Of a stretch of DNA of 64,000 bases, positions 40,335 to 55,830 are shown in pieces (the stretch's first letter is position 1; each line of letters begins with the position of its first letter). Where the stretch lies: the NCBI RefSeq assembly GCF_009914755.1, contig NC_060934.1; one strand, written 5' to 3'. The stretch comes from the human T2T-CHM13v2.0 reference genome, Homo sapiens. Both the position numbers and the translations under genes were made by a program. The notes below the pieces were generated by a model. That model did no database searches. It was not told the DNA's origin and saw nothing but the letters and a program-made list of their open reading frames with translations.

Positions 40335-43239
40335 GGTTGGAGTAGTATTGGCATAATGGATCAAATAGATCAATAGAATAGACTGGAGAGTCCAAAAATA
40401 AACCCATACATCTTTGGTCAATTGATATTTGGAAGAGTACCAAGATAATTCAAATGTGAAAAATATTATTTTCAACAAATGGGTCTGGGACAACTGGATA
40501 TCCACATGCAAAAGAATGATGTTGGATCTCTATCTTACCCCATATACAAAATCTAACTTAAAACGAATCAAAGATCTAAAGGTAACTAGTGAAATTATAA
40601 AATATTTATAAGAAAACATTAAGTATAAATTTCTTGGCTTTGGATTAGTCAATAGTTTCTTAGGTATGACATCAAAAGTACGAGCAGCGAAAAATAAATA
40701 GGTATACTGGACTTCATCAAAATGAAGCACTTTTCAAAATGTGCTTCAAAGAACCCAATCAAGAAATTGAAAAAAACACACAAAATGGAAGAAAAAATAT
40801 TTGCATGTCATATATCTGATAAGGGTCTAGTATACAAAATATATAAAGCAATATTACAACTCAACTATTTAAAAGAATAACCCAATTAAAATACAGGCAA
40901 AGGATTTGACTAAACATTTTTCTAGACATACAAATGGTCAATACAAACAGATACTCAGTATCAATTGTCATTAGAGAAACACAAATGAAAACCACAATGA
41001 CATATCATTTCACAACCACTAATATGACTATAATTTAAAACACAGAAATAAAAAGGGTTGGCCAGGATGTGGAAAATGGGAAACCTTGCACATCACTGAT
41101 GGGAATGTAAAATTGTGCAGCCACTGGGGAAAACAGTCTGGCAATTCCTCAAAATGTTATTCATATAGTTACCAGCTCATCCAGCAATTCTATTCCTAGG
41201 TATGTACCAAAGAGAACTGAAAATGAGTTCACACAAAAACTTGTACATAAATGTTCAGAGCAGCATTAGTGATAATAGCAAAAAAAAAAAAAAGTGGAAA
41301 CAACCCAAATGTCTTTAATTGATGAGTGAATTAAAAATTACAGCATATTCATACAATATAATATTATTCCATCATAAAAATGGAATGAAATAATGATTTC
41401 TGCTACACATCATGGATAAACCTTGAAAACATTACGCTAAATGAAAGAAGCTGGTCACAAAAGCTATGTTTTCTATTTACAGAAATGCCCAGAATAGGCA
41501 AACCTATAAAGTACAGAAAGTGGATTAGTGGCTGCTGGGGGTGAGGGTAAGAAATTGAAGTGACTGGTAACGATTAAAGGGTTTTTTTTTGAGGTGACGA
41601 AAATATACTAGTATTAGATAATGATCATAGCTGCACAATTTTGTGAATATATTAAAAACTACTGAATTATACAATTTAATGTGATGAATTTTATGGTATA
41701 TGAATTACAGCTCAAGTAAAAATAAATGACAAGCATGTACACATACACAGATATATACATATGTCATGGACATTATGAGGTGCTTAATAAATATTTGCTG
41801 AATGGCTGAAAAGACTGAGAGAAAAGTATATGGTAACATACTCCAAAAAGGAAGTGAAAGTAAAAAAAAAAAAAAAAAATTGTCCATGTTAGTTGTATAT
41901 TGGTGACGGGATCATGAGTGGTTTCTACTTTCTATGGTATGGTTTCCTATTTCAAATTTTTAAATTACTTCTACAATCAGAAAAAATCATAATCTGTGGT
42001 TAAAATTTATAAAACTAGTTTATAACTTCTGATTATGACCAAAATAAGGTTAATTTATATACAAAAAGTCTTCTAGAAATAATAAGTCTTAAAAATAAAA
42101 ATTCAAATATTGGACAAAAGCTCCCTCTGGTATATACAAAAGTGTTAGTCTTCCTTACAAAACACCCCTTTATATTTTGCCTCAGTTCCATCATCATTAA
42201 CTTATTAGTCAGTCTCCATCCACTACAACATGTTTTAAAATATTATCAGCATACGTGATTTCTTAGAGAGATTTAATTATGGATATACCTGAAGCAAATT
42301 TAAACCTGTGTACATATGTGTACTCATATCCATAGACAACAATACACAAACATCTAAGTCTATTCATGCACATAGTTTCCTTGTAAATTTTGTGATTATG
42401 ACGTATTTGAAAAAAATTGTAATTAGATATGCTTGACATTTTAAAGCAAAGAAAGATATAGATTTGACAGTTTAACCAATTTGAAAACCCAGAAGCCCAT
42501 ACAAGGTATGGTATGTCAAATTATTTCCAAATGTATAATGCTTTGCCAGCAGGTCCCTTGTCTTTATGGGCATATTCTGGCTATAAATATCTCAGTGAGT
42601 ATAACAGTTTGGACAACGGAGATCAATATAAAACAAGCAGTGGAATTTAATAGGAGTTGATGTGAAAAAAGTGGTAGGAAAGATATAAACTGAGGAATCC
42701 AGGTATTCAAGAATTCACCACAGCTGAAAATTCACAGGGGAATCAATTTGCAATAATAGAAAACCAGCAGCAACCTAACCCACTGATCTTTATTACATAC
42801 AAAAGAGCACTATCCATTTTCAACAGGGTTGTTTTGAGTCATAAGAGCAAATGATTCCTAAATGTTTAGCATTATTTCTAGAGACAGGAATGACACCATG
42901 TTGTCACCTCTTTGAAGATACCTCATGAACTTATACAGGGTTAATTGCTTCTTCTTTTCTGTGAACACTCAGTCTGCTAGTATGCGCTTTTATCATCGTA
43001 TTTATTAAGTCTTTGCAACGGTTTCCACACCATTTGCTCTAGTCAACCAAAGCACCTTCAAGACAGACACAAGAATTTATTTAGCTCTAGATCCACAGCA
43101 CTGGAGCACACAGAAGTTGCTAAACAAGTTGTGGCTGAACAAATAAATGAGCAGAGTATTTGTTTCTGTAATTTAAATTTTGTCCTGAATATTTTTTGAA
43201 GCACACTGTTTAAATTTTCCATACTATGTAATTAACAAC

Positions 43240-43420
43240 ATCATTATTAATATATTACTGTTTACATTATATAAAGTATATAATTATGTTATATAAAATT
43301 ACATATATTATATGTAAAATTTATGCATAAATATTACATGTTTATATTTATGTCAATATATAATATATAAAGTATGTAATATGTTTATATTATATATTTT
43401 AGCAATATAAATAATTATAG
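43240..43420. repeat. AT-rich low-complexity tract
   Basis: Directly visible. Confidence 0.8.
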
Positions 43421-45889
43421 CATCATGCTTTGGCCTAGCATAAATGGTGATTCTACGGATGACAAATATTTAATATATAAGATGTCATTTCCTTGTTCCA
43501 TGACCACGGCAAGCATTGTTAATCGATCATGGCATTCTTAACTGGAGTTAGAACGGGCCTTCAGAATCCTCATCACAGTGTCCCAGGGAGCCGCTACTGA
43601 TCAATCAGGATTGGCACAAGAGTTGTGACTAACCACTATTCCTGATTTTCTGGATACTTTCAGAGGAATATTTTCTTTGGAAACCCATTAATTTTCAATA
43701 TTTACAAGTACAATTAATGAAGCACACCCATTCTCCTATACATATTATCAGCTTTCTAAAACTCTGTTATACCACTTATGTGTCCTAGAATTCTGCAATG
43801 CCATGTGAAATAAAGTTCTGGCGACACTTCCAGTAACCTGTAATTAAACACTTTCAATAGTAGACTATTATCAGTCTTCACTATTTTTAACGAAAGGGCA
43901 CAGATCCTATTAAAGAAAGTTACTGCTTTTACTTCTTATGGAGAGAAAGGGAAAGAGAACAAACAAATACTTGTGGATAAGGATTCTTGAACTATCCCTC
44001 TGCTAGTAAGACCTGCCAGGAATGAAACTGCTACTTTGACTGGGCAGAGCAGGTGCTGCTGATTGATTCAGTAAGTAAGGAACCTTTACATTTTTTTAGG
44101 TGTAAGATTATCTTCTTCCTGCTGCTCTGAAACATCTGATCCACAGGCCAGCACAAAGAAAGCTATGTTTTTTAATTGAGGAAGTAACAGACAGAACAAG
44201 AAAGGCTCTATGGTACGGCATACTGAGAAGACAACTACAATTACCACCCTGCAAAGCTGGGATTTGTGAGTCCTGGCAGGGGGCCTGCAACAATTCTGGT
44301 AGTAGCACAGTCCCAGACCAGTCTCTCAGAGCCTCCAACTAATGCAGAACTGTGTTTAGGAGCCTGGAAAATCCATATATTAACAGCTTGTCCACATTCC
44401 TAGCTGGTGGTGAGAACTGAGCAGTGACTCTGAGAGAATGCCAATGGTAGACATTAACTCAAGCTGGTTTCTTTAGAAAGTAAAACAAAACCTGAAATTC
44501 TTTAAAATTTTATTTGTTCATAAATTCCATGTCATCACCAAGACAAAATTCTGAATGCAAAATCCTTTTGTTATTAATTTCCTAACTCAAACAGATGTTT
44601 TATGTGAATTAAAAAAAAATTTCTTAAACAATTATTTCCTATTTACTAACTGTGGAAGCAGCCATTCTTCTTCTACAAGGAGGATGAATGTAGAGTTGTG
44701 ATGGGCTAGTGGTCAGGCAGCTGGAGGCTGGAGCAGGGAGACACTGAGCATAGGAATGTCTGAGCAGGATGCAAGGCAGTGAGGAGAGTCGGAAACATCA
44801 GCTGCTGTTATTAGAATCATGGCCAATGCATCCAGTTTTTTCTTAATTAGTTTATCATACTAAGTATTAAAAATAACAATAATAACAATAGTTAATGTTT
44901 ATTGAGTGAGTTTTGTGCTAGACACTGCGCTGGACACTTTATATGCTTTATCCCAATTGATTCTCAAATTGAATTTAGGAAGTAGATATTATTACCTAAA
45001 TTTATGGATCAAAATAGCAAGGCTTAGGACAGGCTAACTGACAGACTCAATGACACACTGCTAATAACCAGAGGGGCCAGAATCAAACCTAAGCATACAC
45101 CATCCACGGGTAAAATATTGGAGAGTTACCATATTCCCTCCAAGGGTCTTAAAGCTCAGATTGAATTCAAATTTATGTAACAGATAGAAAGGGAAAAGAA
45201 AGGAAAAAATGTGAATGTTCTTTCATTTGTCTCAAAGAAAGAAGAACCCTATAAATATGCCATACTCTTTTTTTTTTTTTCCTAGAGAGTGGGCCAGAGT
45301 CCATTTCTTAATGGTTAAGAAATGTCATGTTAAAGAAACTATGTATGGGGTTCTATTCAGCATGTCTTTGCTCAACTTTAGGTGTTTCAATTCATGAGAG
45401 GGTTTGAGAGTATATAAGAAAATGGCACAGTGGCCTGTGTCGGCTAAGACTGTACTTTGTCATTCCAGTGCACTAATCTGTGATATAGCAGCTAGAAACT
45501 TATAAAACATTCAAGCAAAGCCATGTGCTGATTCAAGTCACGGACTAGGATACAGCTAAGCATTTTAGCCTCTGTTATTGAAGCAATAAGTACACAGGTG
45601 ACTGAATGATGGCTATCTCAGAAGGATTTCCTGGAATTGGTCATTCAAATCTCTACTCATTTAAAAGAAAGCACTTCTTTACAGGAAACCCTGGTAGGCT
45701 GAAATGGTTAAGTATGATACCCAAAATGAATAGGTAAGGAAATAGGTACCTTGAACATGATTTGAGGGGAATATGAGGCTTACTGTTCAGAAAAGATTAA
45801 AGATCTATATAATCCAAGCATAAAATTAATAAAATGACCTTTTCTTTTAAATTGTGGATGGAACTTCCATTTGTTTCTTCAAAAGCAGA

Positions 45890-46290
45890 CAGTATGTGGG
45901 AAACATCAGACAAACCCAAATTGAAAGACGTTCTATAAAATACCTAACCAGTACTCTTCAAAACCATCAAGGTCATCAAAAACAAGGACAGCCTGAGAAG
46001 TCATCGCCGTCTAAAGAACCTAAGGAGACGTGGTGACTAAATCCCATAACGGGATCCTGGGACAGAAAAGGGGCATTAGGTAAAGACTAAGAAAATCCAA
46101 ATGAAGTGTGGAGTTTGGTTAACATTAATGTGCTAATGCCAGTTTCTTAATTTTGACAAATTTACCATAGTTATATCAGATGTTAACAATAGGGGAAACT
46201 GGGTGAAATGTATACAAGAACTCTTTGTAAGATTCCTGCAACTTTTCTGTAAATCTAAATTTTCAAAAAAAAAAAATTATTTAGAAAAAC
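45890..46290 (+). mobile_element. L1MC-type 3' UTR fragment
   Basis: aacatcagacaaacccaaattga...gggaaactgggtgaaatgtatacaagaactctttgta...gcaacttttctgtaaatcta. Confidence 0.75.
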
Positions 46291-46434
46291 AAATTACACA
46301 CACACTCACACACAGGCCAGAGTGTGCCCTTACAAATGGCCACATATTAAAAGCACATTCATAAGCACTTAGAACAATGCTTGACATATAGTGTAAAATA
46401 GCATATATTTTTTAAAAATACATATATATTTTAA

Positions 46435-46799
<365 letters not shown>

Positions 46800-47491
46800 T
46801 TTTGAATGAATGAATAAATGAATGAATTAAATCACTTTCCGTAGTTAAAAACAAAAGTCTTCAATTGTTCCTTTTTATCTTAAACCTACACTCAGCCTCA
46901 TTTAAGATCTTCCACAAGCTAGCCAAACTTTTTTTTCTACAGGTCATCAGAACACTGCCTCTGTTTGGGTCAAAGAAGTCATCTCACTGTCCCAGGATTG
47001 TGGAGCCCTCATTTCTGGCTTCGCTTTGTCATCCCTTACCCCAAAGCCAAAATGCTCTCCCAAATCATTCTGCCTGTTCCAGATTGAATTCAAGCTCCCC
47101 AGGCCCTAAGAATTGTTTCAAAACACTCCTGTATTCTCCTGAAATCTTCCTTCTCTGAATTCCTACTGTCTACTTTTTTAGTTCAACATGTATATATAAA
47201 ATTGCTTATAGTGGTCAACCTAATTCCTTCTTATCCAAGTGTCATTTAGAATGGATTTTTAGGGGAGGAGTGAAAGGAACTTTCATTTGCTCCTTCAAAA
47301 GGAAGGGGTTACAAAAGGGCACTAGGAAAATTTAGGGGTGTTCAGTATGTTTCTTGATGGTGTTGTCAGTTCTTTTTGATAGACATATGTCAATCTTACG
47401 AAAATTGTACCCATTTAGTATGTGCAATTTACCCTGTGTCAATGGTAGAGCAATAAACCTGCTAAACATGTCTATGTAATTGAATGTTCGG

Positions 47492-47710
47492 TTTGTTTGT
47501 GTTTTTTTATTTGTTTACGACATGGTCTTGCCCTGTCGCCCAGGCTAGAGTGCAGTGGTAGGATCACAGTTCACTGCAGCCTCAACCTCCCAAGCTCAAG
47601 TGATCCTTTCACTTCAGCCTCCTGAGTAGCTGGGACTACAGGCTCACACCATCACGTCTGGCTAATTTGTGTATTTTAATAGGGATGGGGGTTTGCCATG
47701 TTGCCCAGCC
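47492..47710 (-). mobile_element. Alu (AluJ-type), truncated
   Basis: gatcacagttcactgcagcctcaacctcc. Confidence 0.88.
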
Positions 47711-50550
47711 TAGAATGTTTGTTTTCTAATTTATTATTTATTTACACATTTATTTATTATAATTACTGTAAGATAATAGAGATTTGTGTTATTTTCTGAG
47801 GTTTAAGCCAAAAGTAAGCTCCAAACAAATTTAATGTTTGAACTATTACATGAGTACTTGAGAAATAGTATGAGTATTCTCTGATTTTAAGTAGTTTGAG
47901 ATATATATTTTAGCTCATTAATCTACTAAAAACTGAAAAACTGTCTCTCACTGTGATTGTATCCTGGTAACTTCAAAGTGATTGCAGTTTTAGAAAATGA
48001 ACACATTAGATCACTGCTTACGGTATAATGCCAATTATATGTCATGGAGTAGTCATTTTATCTGGCTTTTCACAGAAACCTAAATAAACTTAACCTAAAC
48101 CCTTCAACCACTTTCCAATTACTGTCCCACTCCCAGCCTCCAGCCTGGCTCTTTCATCTGGAGACAGTGACATGACTTGTGTGGCTGTACTGTACCAAGT
48201 TACTTATGATTTTCCAAAAATTGACTATATCTTTACTGAACATTTCTCCTTGACCAGCACCTGCAGCATCAACCTTGGCTATGGAGAACTGGTGCATAAG
48301 AGACCACAACCTCAGAATGAAGGTGGCACAGGCTCCAGCTGCAGGCTATCTACTAGTCTCAGTCTCCTTGGCCAGCTTTCTATCCACGTCCATCCCGCAT
48401 TCAGAAGCCCCCTTTCTTTTCCTCCACTGCTGACTTGTGTTCTTTTGCAATTTTTACTCCTTTTGTTTTAACTTGTCCTGCTGGCTATGATGCTGCTTCA
48501 TCAAACACCAAATCAGCTCCACCTTCTTGCCCTCCTTTACCATACTTACCTCCCATATTAGACATGTTTATTAATTTGCTTGCTTTCTCTCATGCCCTGC
48601 ACAATCTCTTCCACTCAAATCATTAACAATGATACTTTCAATTTCTGATTTTGCCTTACCAAACACTCTACTTCTTCATATTCAGCTTCCCTTTATACCC
48701 AGCACATAGTAATATTGTCCTGCTGTGCAATATAGTGGAAAAAGTCTCGTAATTGGAAACCAGAGTCTGTTTGAGTCATGGTTCTGTCACTGACTCAACC
48801 ATGACTAGTTATATTATCTGGAATAACTCACTAAACCTCACTAAGATCCAGTTTCCTCATATTTCAAATGGCATTGTGAGAGTTACATAAAAATGATGCA
48901 GGTAAAATACAAACTACAAAATGCTACATGGATGCAAGATATTGCAAACAGGCAATGTGTATTTATTCCCAATACAGGTGTATGTCTTTGAGCTCTTTGA
49001 AAAATTAAGTAAAGTATTCCATTTCTGAAAGTAAAAGCTATAAAACCTTTCTAAAAGTCTCACAGTAACTTGGTAGACATAAAAGTGGAGAAAGAAATTG
49101 CCTTTCTGAATACTAGAGCTTTGTAAGAGATGAAACCGAGATGATATAAAACACAGGCTGACTTCAAAATGGAGAAGTGGGTAAAATTGAGGTACTAATC
49201 AAAATGTTTGAAGCCTGTCATCCTTATAAGAATAATGCCATGCTTAAGAGCCATGTGTTCAACATCTGCAAAGCAAAAGCAAATGAAAAATTCTATTAGC
49301 TTGTACCAGAAATGTGAACACTCAGCTGAAACTAACACTATTGTGAGGGGTATAATTCAAAGGAATATCAAGATGGAAATGATGAGTGAGGAGAAAAGGT
49401 AAAAATTATTACATAAACACAATTTATTTTGGAAAAGCACGTGAGCATATGCAAGGCAGCAAAATCTAGACTATCTCCTGGTAACTGAATAGCAGACTCA
49501 GCATAGGGTTTCAGAAGAAAAATCAGAAGCCAGACTAAACCAAACTAGTTTTTTCTGTGAAATCTTTCCTAATTCCCCTAGGCCAACTTAAGTACTTTAT
49601 TCTTTATGCTCCAATTGCCCCTTGCACTTACCTCCATGGTAACTATTACCACAATGTATTATAACCATCTGTGTACGTGGCAATTTCCCTTAAACTGTTC
49701 TACTTGAAAAGCAGAAACCATTCTTTTTTCCTTTGCTTCCCCAGTGCCCAGTATGTTGCTTGCCACGTGGTTATTAAGAAATTGTTGGTAAATGATGAAG
49801 GAACCACATTTTGGCCAATGGTATATCTAATGATGAATATCAGCTTCTTCTGAGGACAGCAAATAAAGATACACTTATTTTAAAACGCTTAAGTGTTAGT
49901 GTATTGCTTATGGAAACAGCTTCATCATTTTATTAAAACCCAACTATTTTTTACTGCACTATTCCAGACAAATTATTAGGGACCTACCACTTGGAGAGTC
50001 ATAGTCTGCCCAAGATAATTCACAAGATTGATTTCTGATTCTAGTGAAACCAGAGTTACAGGGTCAGCCCCCATACAGGTCAGACAGAGCAGCCACAGAG
50101 GGCTTGCCAGATTGCATACTATGACTGCACAGCTGTATGGAGGTGCCATTCACGTAGAGTAAATGTGAAGAGGCATGTAATGCAATACACACAACCCACA
50201 TGACAGCCAGGTAGCTTGTTGACAAAATAAACCTGCCTATTTTGCATCCAAAGTATTTATCTGTGTTCCCTCAGTAATTCCACAAAGGTGTGTCTTTGCT
50301 TAAACAATAAAGGAAGGATATCCTTGGGCCACTCCATGTCAATAGCTAGAAAAAATGTCTCTGGTACAACACCTTGTAAACTCCCTTTATGGAAAGCAAG
50401 TTCTAAGGGCTGTTAATAGATACTCCAGTAAAAGTGGTTCAGGGCCAAATGAGTCAGAGGAACACAGGAATAAAGTTTAACTCTTTCTTTCATGTAGGAT
50501 ATCTTAGAATTTGTAATATGCGAATACATTAATCTATAAAAGACATTATA

Positions 50551-50855
<305 letters not shown>

Positions 50856-51019
50856 TTATACAGTGTTTCTCAAATATATTTTACCTCTAAACACTTTTTC
50901 AATTAACATTTTGGAAAAAAAAAAAAAAGGACTAGTGCAATTTCATGAACCACACTTTGGGAAACACTGCCTTAGACTACAGCACCCATTCCTATTAGCC
51001 TTACACCACCACCTACTGA

Positions 51020-51274
<255 letters not shown>

Positions 51275-51842
51275 TGACCAAATGGGCACTACTAGTGGAC
51301 CCAAGTTTGGAAACCACTCTATGTGTTAACCTCATGTCTCACCACTAAAGATTTCCATTCTCAAAGGTTAAGTTTCTCTGGCTTATATTTCACAGACCTC
51401 AAAATCTCTCATGTCTATAAGCAGGTATGCAAGATAGAAAAACAGCCTGATTTCTAATACCAGATTAATACTTTTGTAGTTTCTGATTTACGATACTGTT
51501 AGCAAAGCTTCTCACTTGTTGAATCTAGAATTTAAATATGTGTACCAATAAGGATTAAAACAGTATTAAGATATTTAAAATGCAAACAAATACCTGAAGG
51601 TTTTTCTTTCCTAGAGTTTTCTTACAGGAGCACTCATAGAATCTTAGAAGATTAGAATTGAAAGAAGTACCGACAGAGGTTAAGTTATTTACCTGTAGTC
51701 CCAGAGCTCATTACTAGCAAAACTGGGGTTTAAATTCAGAGCTCCCACTCTGCTTCTACTCGTGCTCCTTCTTCAGCATAAACCAATGCAGCATGAAGAA
51801 TTCTATTCTAAACACCTCAACCCCTCACAACTACTAATTTCT

Positions 51843-52149
51843 CTTTTTTTTTTTTGTTTTTCCTTTTTGAGACGGAGTCTAGCTCTGTCGCCCAGGCTGG
51901 AGTGCATTGGTGCGATCTCGGCTCACCGCAAGCTCCGCCTCCTGGGTTCCCGCCATTCTCCTGCCTCAGCCTCCCGAGTAGCTGGGACTACAGGCGCCCG
52001 CCATCACGCCCGGCTAATTTTTTGTATTTTTAGTAGAGACAGGGTTTCACCGTGTTAGCCAGGATGGTCTCGATCTCCTGACCTCGTGATCCGCCTGCCT
52101 CGGCCTCCCAAAGTGCTGGGATTACAGGCGTGAGCCACCGCGCCCGGCC
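51843..52149 (-). mobile_element. Full-length AluY
   Basis: ccgtgttagccaggatggtctcgatctcctgacctcgtgatcc; CpG-rich; TSD tactaatttct on both sides. Confidence 0.97.
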
Positions 52150-52319
52150 TACTAATTTCTTCTTTAAGCAACCTTTATGTCCTCAAAAAGTCATAAAAAA
52201 GGGAAAAAAAAGAATTTTTGTTTTATATGTTTTTAAATGACAGCTTTAAAGACAGTTACCTGAAAATGAAACAAAGAATGATTCCAAAGCTTTACTCCCA
52301 TGAAATAGCCTCTTCAATA

Positions 52320-52930
52320 CTCCCCTGATCCAATGCATCACCATCATCCTCTTTCACCTGGACTACTACAATAATCAATCTTATGTCCTTCCAAATAAGT
52401 CTCTAATCTGCAGGAAAAACAATGGTCTTTTTAAAATGAAAACCTGATCATGTTATTTTATTTCTTTAAACTCCCCAGTGATTCTCTGATGCTCTTTGGA
52501 TCCATAAGCAGTAAGGCCTTTGTAAGCTTGTGATCCTTCAATCCCATTTCTGGCCCATCTTCCCTTGTGTGCCAGGCTTCACTCGTTCTGACTTTTCAAA
52601 TTTCTTAATTGTGCTATGCTTTTTCCCATCTCAAGACTTTACCATACGCTTGCTCTCTGTCTAGAACATTTCCTATGCCCAATCCAAGCTTTCACTCCAC
52701 TAACTTTTAATCCACCCTTACCTCTCAGGTTTGAAATCTTTTCTGGGATGCTTTCTCTGGCTTTCATTACTGAGCTGTCTCTCTACCAGTTGGCACTTCA
52801 ATTGTTTACTGGTTTGATTCCTCTCCTAGACTATAAGCACCATGAAAGCAGCGGATATTTTACTAGACAGTAAATCCTCAGCCTACCTAGCACACAGTAG
52901 CAATTCAATAAAGAGTTGTGCAGAGAAGAA
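52320..52930 (+). mobile_element. L2 LINE 3' portion
   Basis: cacctggactactacaat...ctagactataagcaccatgaaagca...cctagcacacagtag. Confidence 0.7.
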
Positions 52931-55599
52931 ACAAAAAAAAGGGGAAGGAGCATGAGATGCAGGAAAGCAGAGGAGAGAGGAAAGGGAAAGAGGGAAGAAG
53001 GGAGAGAAGCATGAAAACAATCCACTATTTTTCCAGCACAATGTCTTTAATATGATGAATTCTCTTTTATCTGATATCTTCAGGGATGAGATATTCTGAT
53101 TAATTCATTCAATTTAAGACATAGTTCAAGCTTTCAAAAACTAATGAGGATAAGGCAAGCAGATAAAAGAAGACAAGGAATTCAATTGTATGGAATATAG
53201 AGCAAATCCTTTATCAACAAATAGCATAAGGAAAGGAATGAATTTGGTCAGGTGCTCTGAAACACTGAACAAAATACCTACGTACACAGCCACTCATCCT
53301 GAAAAACCCAGCACATTCTAACACCCAGAAGCACTGCAAACCACTAAGTAATTCACTGCTCAATTAAAGTTCATATCAAAGACATAATATTTCTATAAGT
53401 TGGGAAGAAACTACACTCATTTTGGCAGAAAAAATGACTCTATAGTTTTGATGATAAATTGTTATTCTTACAAAGAGAGGTCTGAGACCCTGTATATATC
53501 TATAAGCAGTAGACAGGGCCTTAATTTTTGAAAGTCTCATGTAGATATCTAAGATCACGCACTGTAAAAGCACACACAGCTCAATTTATCTGTCTTAGAA
53601 GGAAAGTGAGCCAGATGGACCCTGCTGGGATTTGTACCTGAAAGTTACGGGAAAATTTGAAGTTCCGGAAAAAGTTCTTAAGGCACACCAGTTAAGAAAA
53701 ATAAGTTGAAAAATATATTGTTTTTGAGGAGGCCATTTACTAAGCCAACAAAATTAAATTAATGCCACAATCACTGAGAAAATAAAAAGATATACACGTT
53801 ATAATTTTAGTTCTCAATTATTCTCCTGTAATCAGTTTGTCTTCCTACTAGTTGTGGATATATCAATTTTCAAAAAAAAAAAAGGAAGAAGAAAAGGTTT
53901 TTTTATGACCCAACTCAAAGTCACAGATTCTTCTAGCTAGTAGCAATCCAGAAATAACTCAGCCTAAACTTCTCATTTTAAAGGTCAGAAAAACTGAAGC
54001 TAAGAGACATTAAATGACCCTAGCAAGGTGACACCGTGAGACATTGGCAGAGTGAGGACCAGAGCTCTAATCCCCTAACTCAGTAGCTAGATTTCTGAGC
54101 ACTAGATCACTGGAGGAAGCAGCCATATTTTTCTATTCAGAAATTTTTTTTCTTCAAAGCAAATGCATCACATTCTATTTGAGCTTGTAGACACCTAAAA
54201 ACCCCAGATGGTCTCATATCAACTTCCTCCAAGGCAGTTCACCCCCTTCCTGAATTTGTGCGATAGATTATTTTTACTCTAAAAGAAGAATTTTATTTAT
54301 ATCCATGTTATATTTTATCTTGGTGCTTTCAGATCATTGTTTCTGCCTTTTAAGATCAAATTGAATTTTGGATCTGCCATTCATGTTGCTAGGTAGTCCT
54401 CTGAGGTCTGAATCATTGAAGAATCTAAAGAGCATGACTTGTGTGTCTTCATTCAGGTCACAGTGAGGACACTGAATAGGGAGAGCAGAGCTGCTGCTAG
54501 CCAGTCTGCCAGGAGGCTTAATGCATGAATCAAGACCTACTTCATTGACTGTTCAGTAGGCATTGAATCCACCTAAAGATTTTTTCATCCAATCCACATT
54601 TTTCTATCTTGTTTATATCTCTATAATAAGCATAATTGCACTGACTACGTGCAAATCCTTATAGAATAAGCATTTAAAAACAAAATATTACATTTCTAGG
54701 AGGTTTTTTAGTTGACAAAGTATTTTATGCACATTATTTCATCTGAAACTCAGAGAAAGTAAACAAGTCAGGGTTTATTATTTCTGTTTTGTAGATTAGG
54801 AAACTAAGTTTCAGAGAAGTTCATTGACTTACTCACCATCAACAAGCTAATACGTATTGAAGTAGTGTGTTCCTAGACACTTGCTCCAACACTTTTATGT
54901 TATTTCATCTGGATAGTGTAGGTAGCTGTCAAATACATGACTGAGATGAGTTTCAGTACTGTACTACAAAATCTCAAGTGAACTACATATCCAATTTTCT
55001 GAACACCAAGAGAGCCCAACAGGGAGAGAAAGGCTCCTCTTCCATGTGTTTTCTCAAGATGGACTAATAGGATTTCACGAATCCTGTTTCAAGTATTGTA
55101 AACACACACACACACCAGCTTGCTATTTTTCTATTTTGAATACCTAAGAAGCTTTTACCCATCCCGCCCTTTGTCCCAGTAAGTAGGCCTTTACTGTCAA
55201 GAAAAAGAGCCTAGTTGTCTTGCCAAAATGTTATTGGGAAGGTACCTTATCAAAGACCAACAATAGGGTGTATTGTTCCCATGTTCTTTCAATGACACAC
55301 TCAGCTCCTTGGTATGTCTCCCTGGTTCCTAGATAGAGAATGCCAATACAGGTTTTAAGGGCTGCAGCCAATCCCCCACTTTTCCTGCCTTCTACAGTCG
55401 AGCTAATAGCCAGCTTTTGTACCTATTATGTGTACTCACATACAATTGTCAGGTTAGCTATTAAGTAGATAATCAGATGCTGTTTTGAGTGTTGGCTTTC
55501 ACAGATCTATAAAAGACACCCTGCTACACACATACATGTGCAAGATATTACGTCCTAAGGGTCCACTGTGTATCCTGACTGTGCTGAGTATTACAAGGG

Positions 55600-55830
55600 G
55601 CATTAACAATAACACTTCACAGTTACACAGGATTTTAGAATTGACAAAATACTTTCATAGATATCATTGTGATCCTCACAATAGTTATATGAAATAAACA
55701 GTACAGATGCCATCATTTCCATTTTATAGATGAGAAAAGTGAGATACAGCAAATTCAGTGACCTACCCAAGGTTACACAACTATTGAGTCACTGAGTGGT
55801 CTTAATCTAAAATCTCTGCAATCCAATTTA
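55600..55830 (-). mobile_element. MIR SINE
   Basis: ccatttttatagatgagaaaagtgagatacag...gtgacctacccaaggttacaca. Confidence 0.75.

Larger units (their letters stand above)
36330..41730 (+). mobile_element. Old LINE-1 (L1MB-like), about 5.4 kb with internal deletions
   Basis: Endonuclease-like GGFNTS...EIEDLNNTISQLHLIDIYRTLH; [17 protein letters not shown]; 3' end atggtatatgaattacagctcaagtaaaaataaa. Confidence 0.9.
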
